NCBI GenBank assembly: GCA_964016885.1 | Contig: OZ024754.1 | Coordinates: forward strand, 31,744,001-31,808,000 | DNA length: 64,000 nt | Source of the DNA: Eledone cirrhosa | Taxonomy: Eukaryota | Direction of reading: 5' to 3' | In this document: positions 55,401-64,000 of the stretch, piece after piece | Numbering within the stretch: the stretch's first letter is position 1 | Layout: every line of letters starts with the position of its first letter | The notes under the pieces: generated by a model | Seen by the model: the letters and a program-made list of their open reading frames with translations, nothing else | The model's database searches: none | Told to the model about the DNA's origin: nothing | Translations under genes and position numbers: made by a program

Positions 55401-58400
55401 GATATATAGAGATGATCGACCAGTGGTCGGTCGAGAGAGATGAGATGACAGGCTGATGAAATATAGAGATGATCGACCAGTGGTCGGTCGAGAGAGATGA
55501 GGTGACAGGCTGATGAAATATAGAGATGATCGGCCAGTGGTCGGTCGAGAGAGATGAGGTGACAGGCTGATGAAATATAGAGATGATCGGCCAGTGGTCG
55601 GTCGAGAGAGATGAGGTGACAGGCTGATGAAATATAGAGATCATCGGCCAGTGGTCGGTCGAGAGAGATGAGGTGACAGGCTGATGAAATATAGAGATGA
55701 TCGACCAGTGGTCGGTCGAGAGAGATGAGGTGACAGGCTGATGAAATATAGAGATGATCGACCAGTGGTCGGTCGAGAGAGATGAGGTGACAGGCTGATG
55801 AAATATAGAGATCATCGGCCAGTGGTCGGTCGAGAGAGATGAGGTGACAGGCTGATGAAATATAGAGATGATCGACCAGTGGTCGGTCGAGAGAGATGAG
55901 GTGACAGGCTGATGAAATATAGAGATGATCGGCCAGTGGTCGGTCGAGAGAGATGAGGTGACAGGCTGATGAAATATAGAGATGATCGGCCAGTGGTCGG
56001 TCGAGAGAGATGAGGTGACAGGCTGATGAAATATAGAGATGATCGGCCAGTGGTCGGTCGAGAGATATGAGGTGACAGGCTGATGAGATATAAAGATGAT
56101 CGGCCAGTGGTCGGTCGAGAGATATGAGGTGACAGGCTGATGAGATATAAAGATGATCGGCCAGTGGTCGGTCGAGAGAGATGAGGTGACAGGCTGATGA
56201 TATATAGAGATGATCGGCCAGTGGTCGGTCGAGAGAGATGAGGTGACAGGCTGATGAAATATAGAGATGATCGGCCAGTGGTCGGTCGAGAGAGATGAGG
56301 TGACAAGCTGATGAAATATAAAGATGATCGGCCAGTGGTCGGTCGAGAGAGATGAGGTGACAGCCTGATGAAATATAGAGATGATCGGCCAGTGGTCGGT
56401 CGAGAGAGATGAGGTGACAAGCTGATGAAATATAAAGATGATCGGCCAGTGGTCGGTCGAGAGAGATGAGGTGACAGCCTGATGAAATATAGAGATGATC
56501 GGCCAGTGGTCGGTCGAGAGAGATGAGATGACAGGCTGATGATATATAGAGATGATCGGCCAGTGGTCGGTCGAGAGATCTGAGGTGACAGGCTGATGAT
56601 ATATAGAGATGATCGACCAGTGGTCGGTCGAGAGAGATGAGGTGACAGGCTGATGAAATATAAAGATGATCGGCCAGTGGTCGGTCGAGAGAGATGAGGT
56701 GACAGGCTGATGATATATAGAGATGATCGACCAGTGGTCGGTCGAGAGAGATGAGGTGACAGGCTGATGATATATAGAGATGATCGGCCAGTGGTCGGTC
56801 GAGAGAGATGAGGTGACAGGCTGATGAAATATAGAGATGATCGACCAGTGGTCGGTCGAGAGAGATGAGGTGACAGGCTGATGAAATATAGAGATGATCG
56901 ACCAGTGGTCGGTCGAGAGAGATGAGGTGACAGGCTGATGAAATATAGAGATGATCGGCCAGTGGTCGGTCGAGAGAGATGAGATGACAGGCTGATGATA
57001 TATAGAGATGATCGACCAGTGGTCGGTCGAGAGAGATGAGATGACAGGCTGATGAAATATAGAGATGATCGGCCAGTGGTTGGTCGAGAGAGATGAGGTG
57101 ACAGGCTGATGAAATATAGAGATGATCGGGCAGTGGTCGGTCGAGAGAGATGAGGTGACAGGCTGATGAAATATAGAGATGATCGGCCAGTGGTCGGTCG
57201 AGAGAGATGAGATGACAAGCTGATGAAATATAGAGATGATCGGCCAGTGGTCGGTCGAGAGAGATGAGATGACAAGCTGATGATATATAGAGATGATCGG
57301 CCAGTGGTCGGTCGAGAGAGATGAGATGACAGGCTGATGATATATAAAGATGATCGACCAGTGGTCGGTCGAGAGAGATGAGGTGACAGGCTGATGATAT
57401 ATAGAGATGATCGGCCAGTGGTCGGTCGAGAGAGATGAGATGACAGGCTGATGAAATATAGAGATGATCGGCCAGTGGTCGGTCGAGAGAGATGAGGTGA
57501 CAGGCTGATGATATATAGAGATGATCGGCCAGTGGTCGGTCGAGAGGGATGAGGTGACAGGCTGATGAAATATAGAGATGATCGACCAGTGGTCGGTCGA
57601 GAGAGATGAGGTGACAGGCTGATGATATATAGAGATGATCGACCAGTGGTCGGTCGAGAGAGATGAGATGACAGGCTGATGAAATATAAAGATGATCGGC
57701 CAGTGGTCGGTCGAGAGAGATGAGGTGACAGGCTGATGATATATAGAGATGATCGACCAGTGGTCGGTCGAGAGAGATGAGATGACAGGCTGATGAAATA
57801 TAGAGATGATCGACCAGTGGTCGGTCGAGAGAGATGAGGTGACAGGCTGATGAAATATAGAGATGATCGACCAGTGGTCGGTCGAGAGAGATGAGGTGAC
57901 AGGCTGATGATATATAGAGATGATCGGCCAGTGGTCGGTCGAGAGAGATGAGATGACAGGCTGATGAAATATAGAGATGATCGGCCAGTGGTCGGTCGAG
58001 AGAGATGAGGTGACAGGCTGATGATATATAGAGATGATCGGGCAGTGGTCGGTCGAGAGAGATGAGATGACAGGCTGATGAAATATAGAGATGATCGACC
58101 AGTGGTCGGTCGAGAGAGATGAGGTGACAGGCTGATGAAATATAGAGATGATCGGCCAGTGGTCGGTCGAGAGAGATGAGATGACAGGCTGATGAAATAT
58201 AAAGATGATCGGCCAGTGGTCGGTCGAGAGAGATGAGGTGACAGGCTGATGATATATAGAGATGATCGGGCAGTGGTCGGTCGAGAGAGATGAGATGACA
58301 GGCTGATGAAATATAGAGATGATCGACCAGTGGTCGGTCGAGAGAGATGAGATGACAGGCTGATGAAATATAAAGATGATCGGCCAGTGGTCGGTCGAGA

Positions 58401-59918
58401 GGGATGAGGTGACAGGCTGATGAAATATAAAGATGATCGACCAGTGGTCGGTCGAGAGAGACGAGGTGACAGGCTGATGATATATAGAGATGATCGGCCA
58501 GTGGTCGGTCGAGAGAGACGAGGTGACAGGCTGATGATATATAGATATCATCGGCCAGTGGTCGGTCGAGAGAGATGAGGTGACAGGCTGATGATATATA
58601 GAGATGATCGGCCAGTGGTCGGTCGAGAGAGATGAGGTGACAGGCTGATGATATATAGAGATGATCGGCCAGTGGTCGGTCGAGAGAGACGAGGTGACAG
58701 GCTGATGATATATAGATATCATCGGCCAGTGGTCGGTCGAGAGAGATGAGGTGACAGGCTGATGATATATAGAGATGATCGGCCAGTGGTCGGTCGAGAG
58801 AGATGAGGTGACAGGCTGATGATATATAGAGATGATCGGCCAGTGGTCGGTCGAGAGAGATGAGATGACAGGCTGATGAAATATAGAGATGATCGGCCAG
58901 TGGTCGGTCGAGAGAGATGAGATGACAGGCTGATGAAATATAGAGATGATCGGCCAGTGGTCGGTCGAGAGAGATGAGGTGACAGGCTGATGATATATAG
59001 AGATGATCGGCCAGTGGTCGGTCGAGAGAGATGAGGTGACAGGCTGATGATATATAGAGATGATCGGCCAGTGGTCGGTCGAGAGAGATGAGATGACAGG
59101 CTGATGAAATATAGAGATGATCGACCAGCGGTCGGTCGAGAGAGATGAAATGACAGGCTGATGATATATAGATATCATCGGCCAGTGGTCGGTCGAGAGA
59201 GATGAGGTGACAGGCTGATGATATATAGAGATGATCGGCCAGTGGTCGGTCGAGAGAGATGAGATGACAGGCTGATGAAATATAGAGATGATCGGCCAGT
59301 GGTCGGTCGAGAGAGATGAGATGACAGGCTGATGAAATATAGAGATGATCGACCAGTGGTCGGTCGAGAGAGATGAAATGACAGGCTGATGATATATAGA
59401 TATCATCGGCCAGTGGTCGGTCGAGAGAGATGAGGTGACAGGCTGATGATATATAGAGATGATCGGCCAGTGGTCGGTCGAGAGAGATGAGGTGACAGGC
59501 TGATGAAATATAGATATCATCGGCCAGTGGTCGGTCGAGAGAGATGAGGTGACAGGCTGATGATATATAGAGATGATCGACCAGTGGTCGGTCGAGAGAG
59601 ACGAGGTGACAGGCTGATGATATATAGAGATGATCGACCAGTGGTCGGTCGAGAGAGACGAGGTGACAGGCTGATGATATATAGACAAGATTGAGAGAGG
59701 AGAACCAGAAGTCTGTTGGCGCATAGATGTGACTGGAAGAAGGAAATAAAGATTTAGAAGACAAATTCACACACACACTCACACCCACACACACACGCGT
59801 GCAGAGGCACACACACACACACACACACACATACATACATACACACACACACACGCACACACACACGCGCGCACACGCACACACACGCGCACACACACAC
59901 ACACACACACGCACACAC

Positions 59919-60006
<88 letters not shown>

Positions 60007-60273
60007 CTTCACCCTCATCAACTCTCAAACCAACAAAATGGTTTCATACGATTTAATTGTTTCTTCTTTCAGTCACTTCTCTGCGCCAACACACGCCCCT
60101 TATCTTCCTCCTCCTCCTCTCTCAATCTTTTCTATATTTCCTCTATCTGTCACCCATCTCGTGGATTGTCTCTCTGCTGATCACTGACCACTGGTCTCTG
60201 TCCTCTGAGGCATTTTTGCCCATCACTTTCATTGACAGCTTGGCGGTTTTAACAGCTCCTCTAGCGTGAGTTT
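49403..60273. mobile_element. Putative TIR-bounded element, duplicate (TIRs 49403-49475 and 60204-60273)
   Basis: Same inverted termini as 34390-38381. Confidence 0.55.
49476..59685 (+). repeat. 57-bp minisatellite, ~179 units
   Basis: Same unit as 34463-37781. Confidence 0.98.
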
Positions 60274-60342
60274 TTTTCATTTTTCTATGAATATTATAAT
60301 TGTTGTTATTTTAGTCTTCGTTTTACATCTTACTCTGATACA

Positions 60343-63300
60343 ACCCACACTGTACTGTCATGTACCACCCATCATGTACCGTAATGTACCACCCACACTG
60401 TACTGTCATGTACCACCCATCATGTACCGTCATGTACCACCCACACTGTACTGCCATGTACCACCCATCATGTATCGTCATGTACCACCCATCATGTACC
60501 GTCATCTACCACCCACACTGTACCGTCATGTACCACCCACATTGTACCGTCATGTACCACCCATCTTGTACCGTCATGTACCAACCACACTGTACTGTCA
60601 TGTACCACCCACACTGTACTGTCATGTACCACCCACACTGTACTGACATGTACCATCCACACTGTACTGTCATGTACCACCCACACTGTACTGTCATGTA
60701 CCACCCACACTGTACCGTCATGCACCACCCACACTGTACCGTCATCTACCATCCACACTGTACTGTCATCTACCACCCACACTGTACTGTCATTTACCAC
60801 CCATCATGTACCGTCATGTACCATCCACACTGTACTGTCATGTACCACCCACACTGTACCGTCATGTACCACCCACACTGTACCTTCATGTACCATCCAC
60901 ACTGTACTGTCATGTACCACCCACACTGTACCGTGGGTTACCAATCACACTGTACTGTCATGTACCACCCACACTGTACCGTCATGTACCACCCACACTG
61001 TACTGTCATGTACCAATCACACTGTACTGTCATGTACCATTCACACTGTACCGTCATGTACCATCCACACTGTACTGTCATGTACCATTCACACTGTACC
61101 ATCATGTACCATCCACACTGTACAGTCATGTACCACCCACACTGTACTGTCATGTACCACCCACACTGTACTGTGGCTTACCAATAACACTGTACTGTCA
61201 TGTACCACCCACACTGTACCGTCATGCACCACCCACACTGTACCGTCATGTACCACCCACACTGTACCTTCATGTACCATCCACACTGTACTGTCATGTA
61301 CCACCCACACTGTACCGTCATGTACCATCCACACTGTACTGTGGGTTACCAATCACACTGTACCGCCATGTACCACCCACACTGTACCGTCATGTACCAC
61401 CCACACTGTAACCTTCATGTACCATCCACACTGTACTGTCATGTACCATCCACACTGTACTCTCATGTACCACCCACACTGTACCGTCATGTACCACCCA
61501 CACTGTACTGTCATGCACCACCCACACTGTACCGTCATGTACCACCCACACTGTACCTTCATGTACCATCCACACTGTACCGTAATGTACCACCCACACT
61601 GTACTGTCATTTATCACTCACACTGTACCGTCATGTACCATCCACACTGTACCGTCATGTACCACCCACACTGTACTGTCATGTACCACCCACACTGTAC
61701 CGTCATGTACCACCCATCATGTACCGTCATGTACCAACCACACTGTCCTATCATGTACCACCAACACTGTACCGTCATGTACCACCCATCATGTACCGGC
61801 ATGTACCATCCTCACTGTACCGTCATGTACCACCCACACTGTACTGTCATGTACCATCCACACTGTACTGTAATGTCCCATCCACACTGTACCGTCATGT
61901 ACCGTCCACACTGTACCGTCATGTACCACCCAGACTGTACTGTCATGTACCACCCATCATGTACCTTCATGTACCATCCACACTGTACCGTCATGTACCA
62001 CCCATCATGTACCGTCATGTACCATCCACACTGTTCTGTCATGTACCATCCACACTGTACCGTCATGTACCACCCACACTGTACCGTCATGTACTACCCA
62101 CACTGTACTGTCATGTACCACCCACACTGTACTGTCATCTACCACCCACACTGTGCTGTCATGTACCACCCATCATGTACCGTCATGTACCACCCACACT
62201 GTACCGTCATGTACCATCCTCACTGTACTGTCATGTACCATCCATATTGTACTGTCATCTACCACCCACACTGTACCGTCATCTACCACCCACACTGTAC
62301 TGTCATGTACCACCCCACTGTACCGTCATGTACCACCTCACTGTACAGTCATGTACCATCCACACTGTACCGTATGTACCACCCATACTGTGCTGTCATG
62401 TACCACCCACACTGTACCGTCATGTACCATCCATACTGTACCGTCATGTACCACCCACACTGTACTGTCATGTACCATCCATACTGTACCGTCATGTACC
62501 ACCCACACTGTACTGTCATGTACCATCCATACTGTACCGTCATGTACCACCCACACTGTACTGTCATGTACCATCCATACTGTACTGTCATCTACCACCC
62601 ACACTGTACCGTCATGTACCACCCACACTGTACTGTCATGTACCACCACACTGTACCGTCATGCACCACCCCACTGTACCGTCATGTACCATCCACACTG
62701 TACCGTATGTACCACCCACACTGTACCGTCATGTGCCATCCACACTGTACTGTCATGTACCACCCACACTGTACCGTCATGTACCATTCACACTGTACCG
62801 TTATGTACCATCCAGACTGTACCGTCATGTCCCACCCACACTGTACTGTCATGTACCACCCACACTGTACCGTCATGTACCATTCACACTGTACCGTCAT
62901 GTACCATCCAGACTGTACCGTCATGTACCACCCACACTGTACTGTCATGTACCACCCACACTGTACCGTCATGTACCATTCACACTCTACTGTCATGTAC
63001 CACCCACACTGCACCGTCATGTACCATTCACACTGTACCCTCATGTACCACCCACACTGTACTGTCATGTCCCACCCACACTGTACCGTCAAGAAACACC
63101 CACACTGTACTATCATGTACCACCCACACAGTACCGTCATGTACCATTCACACTGTACCGTCATGTACCACCCACACTGTACTGTCATGTCCCACCCACA
63201 CTGTACCGTCATGTACCACCCACACTGTACTGTCATGTACCACCCACACTGTACCGTCATGTACCATTCACACTGTACTGTCATGTACCATTCACACTGT

Positions 63301-64000
63301 ACTGTCATGTACCATCCACACTGTACTGTCATGTACCACCCACACTGTACCGTCATGTACCATCCACACTGTACTGTCATGTACCACCCACACTGTACTG
63401 TCATGTACCACCCACACTGTACTGTCATGTCCCACCCACACTGTACCGTCATGTACCACCCACACTGTACTGTCATGTACCACCCACACTGTACCGTCAT
63501 GTACCATTCCCACCGTACCGTCATGTACCACCCACATTGTACTGTCATGTCCCACCTACACTGTACTGTCATGTACCATCCACACTGTACTGCCATGTAC
63601 CACCCACACTGTACCGTCATGTACCGTCCACAATGTACCGTCATGTACCATCCACACTGTACTGTCATGTACTACCCGCACTGTACCGTCATGTACCATC
63701 TACACTGTACTGTCATGTACCACCCACACTGTACTGTGGGTTACCAATCACACTGTACTGTCATGTACCATCCACACTGTACCGTCATGTACCACCCAGA
63801 CTGTACTGTCATGTACCATCCATACTGTACCGTCATGCACCACCCACACTGTACCGTCATGCACCACCCACACTGTACCGTCATCTACCATCCACACTGT
63901 ACCGTCATGTACCATCCACACTGTACCGTCATGTACCATCCACACTGTACCGTCATGTACCACCCACATTGTACCGTCATGTACCACCCATCATGTACCG
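60343..64000 (+). repeat. 24-bp minisatellite (runs off the window)
   Basis: Variant order follows 38454-42370. Confidence 0.98.

Overview
Repeat-dense animal genomic DNA, probably a coleoid cephalopod (inferred from the tRNA/Nin-domain-like SINEs and the extreme TA/CA microsatellite load). The only clear host genes are two near-identical UDP-glycosyltransferases on the minus strand, each with an uninterrupted coding exon. They sit in a tandem duplication (unit 1 31238-46330, unit 2 46331 to window end), and each unit also carries a 57-bp minisatellite bounded by inverted repeats and a 24-bp minisatellite. Bases 1-31 kb hold Penelope-like element (PLE) remnants, an RTE fragment, SINEs and four copies of a non-autonomous Helitron. 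A 9.6-kb block containing a 5'-truncated PLE RT/GIY-YIG ORF between long inverted arms is tandemly duplicated. The main signals not captured by the ORF track are (i) about ten type I hammerhead-ribozyme-like motifs from about six sequence families, read by eye on both strands, and (ii) repeated inverted duplications centred on PLE fragments at scales from about 70 bp to 7.3 kb. Nearly all long ORFs in the track are repeat translations. All folds and alignments were done by eye; no database search was run.
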